In this document: positions 19,157-29,128 of the stretch, in pieces
How the letters are laid out: each line of letters starts with the position of its first letter
Position numbering within the stretch: the stretch's first letter is position 1
Virus record (IMG/VR): IMGVR_UViG_2734482555_000011
Direction: 5' to 3' (one strand)
From: a virus
Taxonomy: Duplodnaviria; Heunggongvirae; Uroviricota; Caudoviricetes
DNA: 48,574 nucleotides
Program-made: the position numbers and the translations under genes
The notes under the pieces: generated by a model
What the model saw: only the letters and a program-made list of their open reading frames with translations
What the model was told of the DNA's origin: nothing
The model's database searches: none

Positions 19157-19407
19157 CTCTTCAATTACTATATCTCATTCATAGCAAACTGACAGATTTG
19201 ATGATGTTCTATATACGAAACCTGTGATGTCAAGTCTGAGCTAATACAAATAAACATAATATCAGAGAAATACATTTTATTAGCTCGCTACGGCGAGCTT
19301 TTTATATTGCATCGTCTCCAGCATATATATCAATTAAGGCTCTGATTGATGTGTCTGAAAGCCTACACATAATAACTATGCCATCCGTTCCGTGCGGAGG
19401 TGAGGCT

Positions 19408-19623
19408 ATGAAATCCATGGACAAAATTTCAACAGGCATTGCCTACGGCACCTCCGCAGGCAGTGCTGGCTACTGGTTTTTACAGTTGCTCGATAGAGTA
19501 ACTCCGTCACAGTGGGCTGCAATCGGTGTGCTGGGTAGTCTGGTATTTGGCCTGCTGACGTACCTGACAAACCTTTATTTCAAGATTAAAGAAGATAAGC
19601 GCAAGGCTGCGAGAGGTGAATAA
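19408..19623 (+). CDS. Holin, phage-21 S-type pinholin
   Basis: Track ORF 19351..19623; start [29 protein letters not shown]... (71 aa) with dual-start motif M-K-S-M and GGAGGTGAGG upstream; matches S21/EssD as recalled. Confidence 0.85.
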   Translation: MKSMDKISTGIAYGTSAGSAGYWFLQLLDRVTPSQWAAIGVLGSLVFGLLTYLTNLYFKIKEDKRKAARGE

Positions 19624-20074
19624 TGCCTCCATCATTACGAAAAGTCGTTGCTGCTGCTATTGGTGGCGGAGCAATTGCTATAGCATCAGTGTTAATCACT
19701 GGCCCAAGTGGTAACGATGGTCTGGAAGGTGTCAGCTACATACCATACAAAGATATTGTTGGTGTATGGACTGTATGTCACGGGCATACAGGAAAAGACA
19801 TCATGCTCGGTAAAACGTATACCAAAGCAGAATGCAAAACACTCTTGAATAAAGACCTTGCCACTGTCGCCAGACAAATTAACCCGTACATCAAAGTCGA
19901 TATACCGGAAACAACGCGCGGCGCTCTTTACTCATTCGTTTACAACGTGGGTGCTGGCAATTTCAGAACATCGACGCTTCTTCGCAAAATAAACCAGGGC
20001 GATATCAAAGGCGCATGTGATCAGCTACGTCGCTGGACATATGCTGGCGGTAAGCAATGGAAAGGTCTCATGAC
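19623..20074 (+). CDS. SAR endolysin (phage-21 R-type lysozyme), 3' end lost in N run
   Basis: [44 protein letters not shown]... with N-terminal signal-anchor-release segment, matching recalled R21. Reading frame runs into the N block at 20075. Confidence 0.8.
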
Positions 20075-20295
20075 NNNNNNNNNNNNNNNNNNNNNNNNNN
20101 NNNNNNNNNNNNNNNNNNNNNNNNNNNNNNNNNNNNNNNNNNNNNNNNNNNNNNNNNNNNNNNNNNNNNNNNNNNNNNNNNNNNNNNNNNNNNNNNNNNN
20201 NNNNNNNNNNNNNNNNNNNNNNNNNNNNNNNNNNNNNNNNNNNNNNNNNNNNNNNNNNNNNNNNNNNNNNNNNNNNNNNNNNNNNNNNNNNNNNN
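20075..20295. other. Run of N (221 nt), masked or unsequenced
   Basis: Literal n characters; covers the endolysin 3' end and the Rz 5' end. Confidence 1.
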
Positions 20296-20566
20296 TGCTA
20301 AATACACGAAGGAGTTAGCTGATGCGAAAGCTGAAAATGATGCTCTGCGTGATGATGTTGCCGCTGGTCGTCGTCGGTTGCACATCAAAGCAGTCTGTCA
20401 GTCAGTGCGTGAAGCCACCACCGCCTCCGGCGTGGATAATGCAGCCTCCCCCCGACTGGCAGACACCGCTGAACGGGATTATTTCACCCTCCGGGAACGA
20501 CTGGTAATGATGCAGGCCCAACTTGAAGGTGCTCAGCAATACATAACCGAGCAGTGTTTAAAGTAA
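20296..20566 (+). CDS. Rz i-spanin, 5' end lost in N run
   Basis: Frame after the N block reads ...AKYTKELADAKAENDALRDDVAAGRRRLHIKAVCQS...QLEGAQQYITEQCLK, a coiled-coil Rz-like C-terminus. Confidence 0.7.
20322..20507 (+). CDS. Rz1 o-spanin lipoprotein, embedded in the +1 frame of Rz
   Basis: 61 aa MRKLKMMLCVMMLPLVVVGCTSK... with lipobox VVGC and proline-rich periplasmic segment (PPPPPAWIMQPPPDW), entirely inside Rz. Confidence 0.7.
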   Translation: MRKLKMMLCVMMLPLVVVGCTSKQSVSQCVKPPPPPAWIMQPPPDWQTPLNGIISPSGNDW

Positions 20567-20703
20567 AATCTTAACTACAATATGATTCATTTTGATGATT
20601 GTTTCATAAGGAACAGTGAAGTAAGATCTAAGAGGAGTTAAATTTTATACAGTATAATCATAATATTGCAGCAAGGTGGTTATAATTGAAAGAATATTTA
20701 GAT

Positions 20704-22161
20704 ATGAATACATCTCATGTAAGAGTTGTTACTCATATGTGTGGGTTCCTGGTTTGGCTCTATAGTCTTTCAATGTTGCCACCAATGGTTGTAGCATTGT
20801 TTTATAAAGAAAAAAGCCTGTTCGTTTTCTTTATAACTTTCGTTATATTTTTTTGCATTGGTGGCGGAGCGTGGTATACAACTAAGAAATCTGGCATTCA
20901 ATTACGTACCCGTGATGGGTTTATTATAATTGTAATGTTTTGGATTTTGTTTTCTGTTATTAGTGCATTCCCTTTATGGATTGACTCAGAACTTAATTTA
21001 ACGTTCATTGATGCTCTGTTTGAAGGGGTTTCTGGAATAACAACAACAGGAGCAACTGTAATTGATGATGTTAGTTCATTACCTCGGGCATATTTGTACT
21101 ATCGGTCACAGTTAAATTTTATAGGTGGTTTAGGAGTTATTGTTCTGGCGGTTGCAGTATTGCCATTATTGGGTATTGGTGGTGCAAAGCTTTATCAGTC
21201 AGAAATGCCGGGGCCATTTAAGGATGACAAACTCACTCCCCGCCTGGCCGATACGTCACGGACACTGTGGATAACTTATTCTTTATTAGGTATTGCTTGT
21301 ATTGTCTGTTATAGACTTGCAGGAATGCCTTTGTTTGATGCTATTTGTCACGGGATTTCCACAGTTTCGCTTGGTGGTTTCTCAACTCATAGCGAGAGTA
21401 TCGGATATTTTAATAACTATTTGGTTGAGCTGGTGGCTGGTTCTTTTTCCCTGCTATCGGCTTTCAACTTCACTCTTTGGTATATTGTTATTAGCAGAAA
21501 AACGATAAAACCTTTAATCAGAGATATTGAACTTCGTTTCTTTCTGTTAATAGCCTTAGGGGTGATCATTGTTACCTCTTTCCAGGTCTGGCATATAGGT
21601 ATGTATGACTTGCATGGAAGTTTTATTCATTCGTTTTTTCTTGCCAGCTCCATGCTCACTGATAATGGTTTAGCTACGCAGGATTATGCAAACTGGCCCA
21701 CGCACACGATAGTGTTTTTGCTGTTGTCAAGTTTCTTTGGGGGATGTATAGGTTCAACCTGTGGTGGAATTAAGTCACTTCGATTTCTTATACTTTTCAA
21801 ACAAAGCAAACACGAGATAAATCAGCTTTCTCATCCCAGAGCGTTGTTGAGTGTAAATGTAGGAGGGAAGATAGTTACAGATCGTGTAATGAGGTCTGTA
21901 TGGAGTTTCTTTTTTCTTTATACTCTCTTCACGGTGTTTTTTATACTGGTGTTAAATGGTATGGGATATGATTTTCTTACATCATTTGCAACAGTGGCTG
22001 CATGTATTAATAATATGGGATTAGGTTTTGGGGCTACTGCATCGTCATTCGGAGTGCTTAATGACATTGCAAAATATTTAATGTGCATAGCTATGATTCT
22101 TGGTCGCCTTGAAATTTATCCTGTTATTATATTGTTTTCAGGTTTTTTTTGGCGCTCCTAA
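20704..22161 (+). CDS. trkG: TrkG potassium uptake protein (Rac moron)
   Basis: Track ORF 20686..22161; start MNTSHVRVVTHMCGFLVWLYSL... gives 485 aa, matching recalled K-12 TrkG; polytopic membrane protein, AT-rich. Confidence 0.9.
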   Translation: MNTSHVRVVTHMCGFLVWLYSLSMLPPMVVALFYKEKSLFVFFITFVIFFCIGGGAWYTTKKSGIQLRTRDGFIIIVMFWILFSVISAFPLWIDSELNLTFIDALFEGVSGITTTGATVIDDVSSLPRAYLYYRSQLNFIGGLGVIVLAVAVLPLLGIGGAKLYQSEMPGPFKDDKLTPRLADTSRTLWITYSLLGIACIVCYRLAGMPLFDAICHGISTVSLGGFSTHSESIGYFNNYLVELVAGSFSLLSAFNFTLWYIVISRKTIKPLIRDIELRFFLLIALGVIIVTSFQVWHIGMYDLHGSFIHSFFLASSMLTDNGLATQDYANWPTHTIVFLLLSSFFGGCIGSTCGGIKSLRFLILFKQSKHEINQLSHPRALLSVNVGGKIVTDRVMRSVWSFFFLYTLFTVFFILVLNGMGYDFLTSFATVAACINNMGLGFGATASSFGVLNDIAKYLMCIAMILGRLEIYPVIILFSGFFWRS

Positions 22162-22298
22162 TATATGGCTGATTTATAATTGTGAGTTTAATATTATGTT
22201 GACTCACTCATTGATCCAATACCTAACTTTACCAGCAACACCTCCGCCCCCAGTAGCACTGGCTGCTGGGGTGCGTTTTATTCATAAAGCAAGGCTGT

Positions 22299-23087
22299 AT
22301 GAGCGAGAAATTAAAGATAGTCTATCGCCCATTACAAGAATTGTCACCGTATGCGCACAACGCCAGGACGCACAGTACTGAGCAGGTGGCACAACTGGTA
22401 GAAAGTATTAAGCAATTCGGCTGGACTAATCCGGTGCTGATTGACGAAAAGGGCGAAATTATTGCGGGTCACGGTCGTGTTATGGCGGCTGAAATGCTCA
22501 AAATGGATTCTGTTCCGGTCATTGTTCTGTCTGGCCTGACGGATGAGCAGAAAAAGGCGTACCGCCTGGCAGATAATCGCCTGCCGATGAATGCTGGCTG
22601 GGATGAAGATCTGTTGCGGATGGAGCTGTCGGACCTAATCAATGCTGATTTTGATGTCTCCCTGACAGGCTTCATCCCGGCAGAAATTGATGAACTGTTG
22701 ACGGATGTTTTGCCCGGTACAGGAAATGAGGAGGAGCCGTATACGACGAAAATTGATACGCCTGTTTATGAGCCGTCAGGCGGTAAACCGGATATCAGTG
22801 AACTGTACGACGATACGAAAACTCAGGAGCTGATCAGCCGGATACGTTCGGCGTCCCTTGATCCTGATATTGAGAAATTCCTCCTGTGTGCAGCAGAACG
22901 TCACACGGTGTTTAATTTCAGCAGAATTGCGGACTATTACGCTCATGCCCCCGCTGAAATTCAGTGCCTTTTCGAGGAGTCGGCGCTGGTGATCATTGAT
23001 TATCAGCAGGCTATTGAAAATGGATTTGTCCGAATGACGCAGCGCATGGTGGAGATCATGCATGGCGGGGAGGAGGAATATGCGTGA
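22299..23087 (+). CDS. ParB-like nuclease domain protein (full-length YnaK-like)
   Basis: 262-aa ORF with ParB/Srx-like N-terminal region (LIDEKGEIIAGHGRVMAA). Sits where K-12 Rac has the short ynaK. Confidence 0.65.
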   Translation: MSEKLKIVYRPLQELSPYAHNARTHSTEQVAQLVESIKQFGWTNPVLIDEKGEIIAGHGRVMAAEMLKMDSVPVIVLSGLTDEQKKAYRLADNRLPMNAGWDEDLLRMELSDLINADFDVSLTGFIPAEIDELLTDVLPGTGNEEEPYTTKIDTPVYEPSGGKPDISELYDDTKTQELISRIRSASLDPDIEKFLLCAAERHTVFNFSRIADYYAHAPAEIQCLFEESALVIIDYQQAIENGFVRMTQRMVEIMHGGEEEYA

Positions 23088-24012
23088 TGATTTTTGCGCC
23101 TTTATTCTGACTCACGGGCGACCGGACAAAGTTCTGACTTACCGGACGTTGCGTCGTGCTGGCTATACCGGGAAAATTTTTATCGTTGTTGATGATGAAG
23201 ATAAGACACGGCATCAGTACATGGCTGAATTTGGTGAACAGGTGCTGGTATTTTCCAAAGCCGATATTGCTAGTCGTTTTGACGAAGCCGATAATTTTAG
23301 TGACCGCCGCTCAATTTTTTACGCCCGTAATGCCTGTTTCGACCAGGCAAAACTGGTCGGGTGTAAATACTTCATTCAGCTCGATGATGATTATCACGAG
23401 TTCCAGTTTCGGGTGGATCGCAACTATGACCAGGCCTATTTCCCGATAAGGAAACTGGATGAGATCCTTTCTGAAATGCTTGCGTACTACGAATCAATAC
23501 CTGCTCTTTCCATCGCTATGTCGCAGGGCGGGGATTTTCTTGGTGACAATGGCGGCCATGCTTCGTGGGTGAAACGCAAGGCAATGAACAGCTTTATCTG
23601 TTCGGTTGATCGACCGTTCTCATTCATGGGGCGCATTAACGAGGATGTGAATACGTACACGAATCTCGGTCGCTGTGGTGAATTGTTTATGACGATCGGT
23701 GCTGTCCAGTTAGGGCAGAAACAGACGCAGAAAAACAGCGGCGGAATGACCGAGCTGTATCTGGATTCCGGAACCTACGTTAAAAGTTTTTACTCCGTCA
23801 TGTATGCGCCGTCGTGCGTAAAAATCTCACTTATGGGTGCCAGTCATAAACGCATTCACCATCAGGTCACCTGGAACAACGCTGCAGTAAAAATCCTTCA
23901 CGAAAAATACAGGAAGAAGACACCCTGCATATCAATGGGGGTGACAAATGATTCCGTATTCGAAAGTCGAGTCTCTGGCAGCGTGCCGGATGACTGCACA
24001 ACAAATCGCTGA
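23062..24012 (+). CDS. YdaY-like hypothetical protein
   Basis: 316-aa ORF (alternative start MRDDF at 23080) with acidic motifs (IVVDDEDK, QLDDDYHEF); function unknown. K-12 ydaY at this position is a pseudogene as I recall. Confidence 0.45.
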   Translation: MAGRRNMRDDFCAFILTHGRPDKVLTYRTLRRAGYTGKIFIVVDDEDKTRHQYMAEFGEQVLVFSKADIASRFDEADNFSDRRSIFYARNACFDQAKLVGCKYFIQLDDDYHEFQFRVDRNYDQAYFPIRKLDEILSEMLAYYESIPALSIAMSQGGDFLGDNGGHASWVKRKAMNSFICSVDRPFSFMGRINEDVNTYTNLGRCGELFMTIGAVQLGQKQTQKNSGGMTELYLDSGTYVKSFYSVMYAPSCVKISLMGASHKRIHHQVTWNNAAVKILHEKYRKKTPCISMGVTNDSVFESRVSGSVPDDCTTNR

Positions 24013-24199
24013 CGTTCTGGATGTTGATCTGAACCGACTGAAAGAAAATCGGGAAGCAATGACAGATTTTTATGCGGCCATCCGTAAGGGCAGAGCGAAA
24101 GGTGAAGCCGAGTTACGAGCGGCATTGTTTAAGCTTGCCAGAAAAGGGGATGCCTTTGCTCTGCGCGAACTACTCAGGGTGGATAAAAATCAGGACTAA
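23948..24199 (+). CDS. Small putative HTH DNA-binding protein
   Basis: 83-aa ORF; ATG at 23948 follows GGGGGTGA. Overlaps the upstream gene by about 65 nt in another frame; immediately precedes terminase small subunit. Confidence 0.4.
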   Translation: MIPYSKVESLAACRMTAQQIADVLDVDLNRLKENREAMTDFYAAIRKGRAKGEAELRAALFKLARKGDAFALRELLRVDKNQD

Positions 24200-24202
24200 C
24201 TG

Positions 24203-25297
24203 ATGAGCAGACCGGACTGGGGGGCGTTGCAGCAGGAGTATATTGCTGAATACACCCGCTCCGGTATATCTCCGGTGGCATGGTGTGAAGCAAGGGGACT
24301 GAATTACGCAACAGCCCGTCGTTACATCAAAAAAACTCCGAAAAATGCGCAGACAGAAATGTGCAAAACTGCGCAAAAAAGTGCGCAGAAAAAATCTGCG
24401 CAGACTGCACAAAAGCGGAACGAAAAATCTCAGGAAAAAAAGCCAGTATTCGATGCGGGCCTGAATGAGGGCGACGCGGAGGAATTTTCGTTCTGTCCCG
24501 ATGAATTCGGCATTTCTGACCAGCAGGCTAAGTTTGCGATGCTTGTTGCTCAGGGTAAAAAGCCGACAGAGGCGTACCGACTAGCCGGTTATGAGGGGCA
24601 AGGTGCGACAGCTAACAGCAACGCCAGTCGTATGCTTAGAAATGCCAGGGTTTTTCGCGCTATCAGCTACTTCCGCAATCAGTACCAGAAACGCTATACC
24701 GCAGACCTGGATTTACTAGTGAGTCAGTTGATGGCTATTGTCCTGGCCGACCCCAATCAGCTTGCACAATTTCGCCGTGTTAACTGCCGTTATTGCTGGG
24801 GCGAGAATCATCTCTACCAGTGGCGCGATATAGCAGAATTCGACAAGGCAGCGGCGCAGGCTTCCAGAGATGGCAAACCCGAACCGGAATATGGAGGCCT
24901 CGGCTTTGTTGATAACGCCATACCCAATCCGGACTGCCCGAAGTGCTGCGGTGAGGGAACGGGACAGCTTTATATGGCTGATACCACTCTGCTTGATGGG
25001 GATGCGCGGCAATTATATGCAGGGGCAAAATTCGGAAAATTCGGCGTTGAGATCCTGCTGGAGGATAAGGCTGCCGCCCGGCGTGAATTGTTGCGTTTGT
25101 TTTCTGCTGGCGGGGCTTTATGTGCAGATAAGCGGCTACGGGAACTGGAAATTGAACGGCGCAGAATGGAAAACCAGAAGCTGCGCAAAGAGATCGAAAC
25201 GGTGGAAGATAATGAACATCCCCAGCCTGTGGCGATCAATATTAATGTGGTTGATGCCAGAGTAAGGAGTGATGAAGATGATCTCTCCGACGCTTAA
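24203..25297 (+). CDS. Terminase small subunit
   Basis: 364-aa ORF immediately upstream of the large terminase; HTH-like segments (GLNYATARRYIKK; QQAKFAMLVAQGKKPTEAYRLAGYEG). Confidence 0.65.
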   Translation: MSRPDWGALQQEYIAEYTRSGISPVAWCEARGLNYATARRYIKKTPKNAQTEMCKTAQKSAQKKSAQTAQKRNEKSQEKKPVFDAGLNEGDAEEFSFCPDEFGISDQQAKFAMLVAQGKKPTEAYRLAGYEGQGATANSNASRMLRNARVFRAISYFRNQYQKRYTADLDLLVSQLMAIVLADPNQLAQFRRVNCRYCWGENHLYQWRDIAEFDKAAAQASRDGKPEPEYGGLGFVDNAIPNPDCPKCCGEGTGQLYMADTTLLDGDARQLYAGAKFGKFGVEILLEDKAAARRELLRLFSAGGALCADKRLRELEIERRRMENQKLRKEIETVEDNEHPQPVAININVVDARVRSDEDDLSDA

Positions 25298-26579
25298 TGT
25301 GCCTCAGGCGCGATTTCTTTCAATGCCCCATAAATTTAAAGCCTATATTGCTGGTTTTGGCTCGGGCAAAACATGGGTTGGGTGTGGCGGCATATGCAAG
25401 GGGATTTGGGAGCATCCAGGTATAAATCAGGGATATTTTGCGCCAACGTATCCCCAAATTCGCGATATTTTTTACCCTACAGTGGAAGAAGTTGCTGCTG
25501 ACTGGGGATTGAACGTAAAAATTAATGAGGGAAATAAAGAGGTTCACTTTTATTACGGACGCCAGTATCGGGGAACCACTATCTGCAGATCGATGGAGAA
25601 GCCACAAACGATCGTCGGTTTCAAAATTGGTAATGCGTTGGTGGATGAACTGGACATTTTGCCGAAGGAAAAAGCCAGAACGGCGTGGCGCAAGATAATT
25701 GCACGTATGCGTTATAAGATTGATGGACTTCGCAACGGTATTGACGTTACAACCACGCCGGAAGGATTCAAATTTGTCTACGAGCAGTTTGTTAAAGCCG
25801 TGCGTGAAAAAACAGAGCTGGCCTCACTGTATGGTCTGGTGCAGGCATCTACTTTCGATAATGAAAAGAACCTGCCAGCAGATTACATTCCTTCGCTTCT
25901 TGAATCATACCCTCCAGAGCTGATTAAAGCCTATCTTCGAGGACAGTTTACTAACCTGACAAGTGGTACTGTTTACCATCAGTTTGACCGGAAACTGAAT
26001 AATTGCGAAGAAGTGGAGCAGCCAGGGGAGCCGATTTATATTGGGATGGATTTTAACGTTGGAAAGATGGCGGGAATCGTCCATGTGCTGCGTTTGGGGC
26101 TTCCATGTGCGGTAACTGAAATCATCAATGCCTACGATACGCCGGATATGATCCGCATCATTAAAGAACGCTTCTGGCTGTATGATGGGAATGATTACCG
26201 GAAAGTGAGGGAAATTTATATTTATCCAGATGCTTCCGGGGATTCCAGAAAATCAAGTAACGCAAGTACGACGGATATAGCCCAGCTTAAGCAGGCTGGT
26301 TTTAACGTTGTGGTGAACAGCTCGAACCCGCCAGTAAAAGATCGCGTTAACTCAATGAATGCAATGTTCTGCAATGCCAATGGTGAGCGTCGCTATAAAG
26401 TTAATGTGAAGCGTTGCCCGTTATATGCCGAATCTCTGGAGCAACAGGTCTGGGATGAGAAGGGGGAGCCTGATAAAAAATCTGGCAATGATCACCCGAA
26501 TGATGCCGGAGGTTATTTCATCGTTAAGCAATTCCCTATTGTCAAACCGACCGGAAGAGTCACATCACTTCGGATTTAA
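25269..26579 (+). CDS. Terminase large subunit
   Basis: 436-aa ORF with Walker A-like AGFGSGKTW near the N-terminus, directly followed by the portal gene. Confidence 0.8.
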   Translation: MMKMISPTLNVPQARFLSMPHKFKAYIAGFGSGKTWVGCGGICKGIWEHPGINQGYFAPTYPQIRDIFYPTVEEVAADWGLNVKINEGNKEVHFYYGRQYRGTTICRSMEKPQTIVGFKIGNALVDELDILPKEKARTAWRKIIARMRYKIDGLRNGIDVTTTPEGFKFVYEQFVKAVREKTELASLYGLVQASTFDNEKNLPADYIPSLLESYPPELIKAYLRGQFTNLTSGTVYHQFDRKLNNCEEVEQPGEPIYIGMDFNVGKMAGIVHVLRLGLPCAVTEIINAYDTPDMIRIIKERFWLYDGNDYRKVREIYIYPDASGDSRKSSNASTTDIAQLKQAGFNVVVNSSNPPVKDRVNSMNAMFCNANGERRYKVNVKRCPLYAESLEQQVWDEKGEPDKKSGNDHPNDAGGYFIVKQFPIVKPTGRVTSLRI

Positions 26580-26581
26580 TT

Positions 26582-27988
26582 ATGGCTGATATATCAACAC
26601 CCAACCTCGACTATAACGATATGCTGGAGGCGTGGGATATTAACGACGCACTGATGGGCGGTACGCTTGAAATGCGCAGGCAGGGGGAAAATTATCTCCC
26701 AAAATGGCCTAACGAAGATGAAGACGCTTATAAAAAACGCCTGTCTGTGGCTACGCTACTTCCTGTGTATGAAGAAAGCATCAAGCAAAATATTGGGCGC
26801 ATATTTGCAGAGCCGACAGTATTGAGTGAGGAAACGCCGGCAAAAATCAGGGAATATGCAGAAAATATCGACATGGAGGGGAGCCGACTGGATGTGTGGG
26901 CGCAGCAATTTTTCAGCCTCGCATTTCAGTATGGTGTGGCACATGCGCTGGTGGACTATCCACGAACGGATATGAAAGAGATTCGGACAAAAGCCGATGA
27001 AAACGCGACCGGTGGTCGTCCGTACGTTACGATGCTGAATCCACGCCAGGTTATTGGATGGAAATCGAAAGTTGAAAAAGGGAAAGTTGTTCTCACTGAT
27101 TTGCGTATAAAAGAGGTCATCATTATTGATGGTGATGATTTCGGGCAGAAGAAGGTGGAGCAGATCCGCCATATTATGCCCCGTCGAGTTGAAATTTATC
27201 GACGTAGCGAAGGCACTAATGGCGAATCTGTCTGGACGCTTCATGAGTCATGGAATACCAGCCGTGATGATATTCCTCTGGTAACACTGTACACGAAGAA
27301 AACAGGATTTATGCGTGGTACACCGCCATTGCTTAATCTTGGCTTGCTGAATATCAAGCACTGGCAAAGCCAGAGCGAGCAGGACAATATTCTTCATGTT
27401 GCCCGCGTTCCATTGCTGGTGGCCTACGGGCTGGACAGGAATGAAGAACTGACGGTTGGTGCATCCACCGCTACGATTTTTGAGGACAGAACAAAAAATG
27501 GCCTCGAATATGTTGAACATAGTGGCGCAGCGATAGAATCTGGCGAAACATCACTTGAGAAGCTGGAAAATCAGATGCGTCATGCCGGCGCTAAACTTCT
27601 GCGTGCTGAAAATACATCCACCAAATCTGTTGATCAGACTAATGAAGAGCGAATGCAGGAAAACTCGCCGCTTTATACAATGGCGAACTCCCTCGAAGAT
27701 GCCCTCGATAATATTCTCCAGATAATGGCGGAATGGATCGGAGAGAGTTGCGGTGGCAATGTGGATGTGCGCACTGAACTGGATGTATCTGCCCAGGTGT
27801 TTGACTCATCCTCCGCGCTGGCTGTTCAGTCATTGCGTCAGGGCGGTGATATACGTCAGATTGATGCGGTTCGGGTGTTGCAGGCGTTGAAATTTATCGA
27901 TCAGGATTCCCGTCCAGAGGAAGTGATCGATGAATTAAAAAATCAGAGTGTAATGCTGATGGAAATCAATGATGCAAACCGTGAATGA
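26582..27988 (+). CDS. Portal protein
   Basis: 468-aa ORF between large terminase and head-morphogenesis gene; assigned by position and size. Confidence 0.7.
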   Translation: MADISTPNLDYNDMLEAWDINDALMGGTLEMRRQGENYLPKWPNEDEDAYKKRLSVATLLPVYEESIKQNIGRIFAEPTVLSEETPAKIREYAENIDMEGSRLDVWAQQFFSLAFQYGVAHALVDYPRTDMKEIRTKADENATGGRPYVTMLNPRQVIGWKSKVEKGKVVLTDLRIKEVIIIDGDDFGQKKVEQIRHIMPRRVEIYRRSEGTNGESVWTLHESWNTSRDDIPLVTLYTKKTGFMRGTPPLLNLGLLNIKHWQSQSEQDNILHVARVPLLVAYGLDRNEELTVGASTATIFEDRTKNGLEYVEHSGAAIESGETSLEKLENQMRHAGAKLLRAENTSTKSVDQTNEERMQENSPLYTMANSLEDALDNILQIMAEWIGESCGGNVDVRTELDVSAQVFDSSSALAVQSLRQGGDIRQIDAVRVLQALKFIDQDSRPEEVIDELKNQSVMLMEINDANRE

Positions 27989-29084
27989 ACGGCTGCGTGA
28001 TGAATCAATTGCTCATGCAGTCTGGATATCCCGCTATAGCACTGGCGTGGCTGCCAGAATGGTGAAAATACTGAATGACAGCGATGCGGAACTTACTGCT
28101 CGCCTGCTGATAGCACTGGACAGCCTCGATCCAGGTAGTTTTACCGTTAAGCGCCTGGAGTCACTTCTGGCGAGCGTCAGAGAGGTTAACCGCACTGCTA
28201 TTAACAGCATGTTTACCAGTCTCTCCGGAGAGCTGAACGAGCTGGCAATTTATGAGGCTGGTTATCAGTTAAGTCTGTTTGATTCTATGCTACCTGATTT
28301 TGTTGCTGATGTTCACCCTCTGGTTGGTATCTCTCCTGATGCACTTTATGCCGCTGCAATGGCGCGACCATTCCAGGGACGACTGCTCAGTGAGTGGGCC
28401 TCAGATCTTGAGGCGGATCGGCTCAGACGCATAACAAATACAGTGCGTCAGGGTTTTTTGCTGGGGGATACCAATGAGCAGATCGCAAGAAAAATTCGGG
28501 GACATGTCAGTAAGGGATTTCAGGATGGTGCATTGCAGATGAGCCGGGCTAATGCGGCCAGCATTGCAAAAACAGCGGTTGGACATCTTGCTGCTACTGC
28601 CCGTGAGAGTTTTGCCAGCGCGAATAATGATTTGATTAAGGGTAAGCAATGGTTATCAACGCTTGATAATCGTACTACGCCACAATGTCGAATCAGGGAT
28701 CGCCTCAAATATACGCTGAATAATAAACCTGTAGGTCACAGCGTGCCTTATTTGCAGGGGCCGGGAAAAATTCATTTCTGCTGCCGCTCAACGGAAACGT
28801 TCATTCTGAAATCAGCGAAGGAACTGGGTATTGATGTTCGCGATATTTCCCCGGCTGAGCGGGCCAGCATGGATGGCGTGGTGGCCGGAGATACAACCTA
28901 CAGGGAATGGTTTTTGCGTCAGCCTTACACCAGACAAAAACAGATTGTGGGGGAAAGCCGAGCAAAGCTGATTCGGGATGGTGGTATGTCGCCAGATGAA
29001 TTTTACACCGATAAAGGCGAATGGCTGACGCTGAAGCAGCTCCGTGAGCGTGATGCACAGGTATTCAGAAAAGCAGGGATTTAA
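27969..29084 (+). CDS. Head morphogenesis protein (Mu F / SPP1 gp7-like)
   Basis: 371-aa ORF with LSTLDNRTTPQCRIRDR, resembling the conserved minor-head-protein motif. Confidence 0.65.
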   Translation: MMQTVNERLRDESIAHAVWISRYSTGVAARMVKILNDSDAELTARLLIALDSLDPGSFTVKRLESLLASVREVNRTAINSMFTSLSGELNELAIYEAGYQLSLFDSMLPDFVADVHPLVGISPDALYAAAMARPFQGRLLSEWASDLEADRLRRITNTVRQGFLLGDTNEQIARKIRGHVSKGFQDGALQMSRANAASIAKTAVGHLAATARESFASANNDLIKGKQWLSTLDNRTTPQCRIRDRLKYTLNNKPVGHSVPYLQGPGKIHFCCRSTETFILKSAKELGIDVRDISPAERASMDGVVAGDTTYREWFLRQPYTRQKQIVGESRAKLIRDGGMSPDEFYTDKGEWLTLKQLRERDAQVFRKAGI

Positions 29085-29104
29085 ATAAATCATTTATTAC
29101 AACA

Positions 29105-29128
29105 GGCTACCTTCGGGTGGCCTTTTTT
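29105..29128 (+). terminator. Intrinsic terminator-like hairpin
   Basis: GGCTACC / TTCG / GGTGGCC followed by TTTTTT, just after the head-morphogenesis gene. Confidence 0.45.

Noticed and set aside
20057-20388. ORFs reading through the first N run (20057..20566 N-terminal part; 20068..20388 minus strand)
   Set aside because: Reading frames across runs of N translate as X and are not evidence of coding; only the portion after 20296 (Rz C-terminus) is interpretable.
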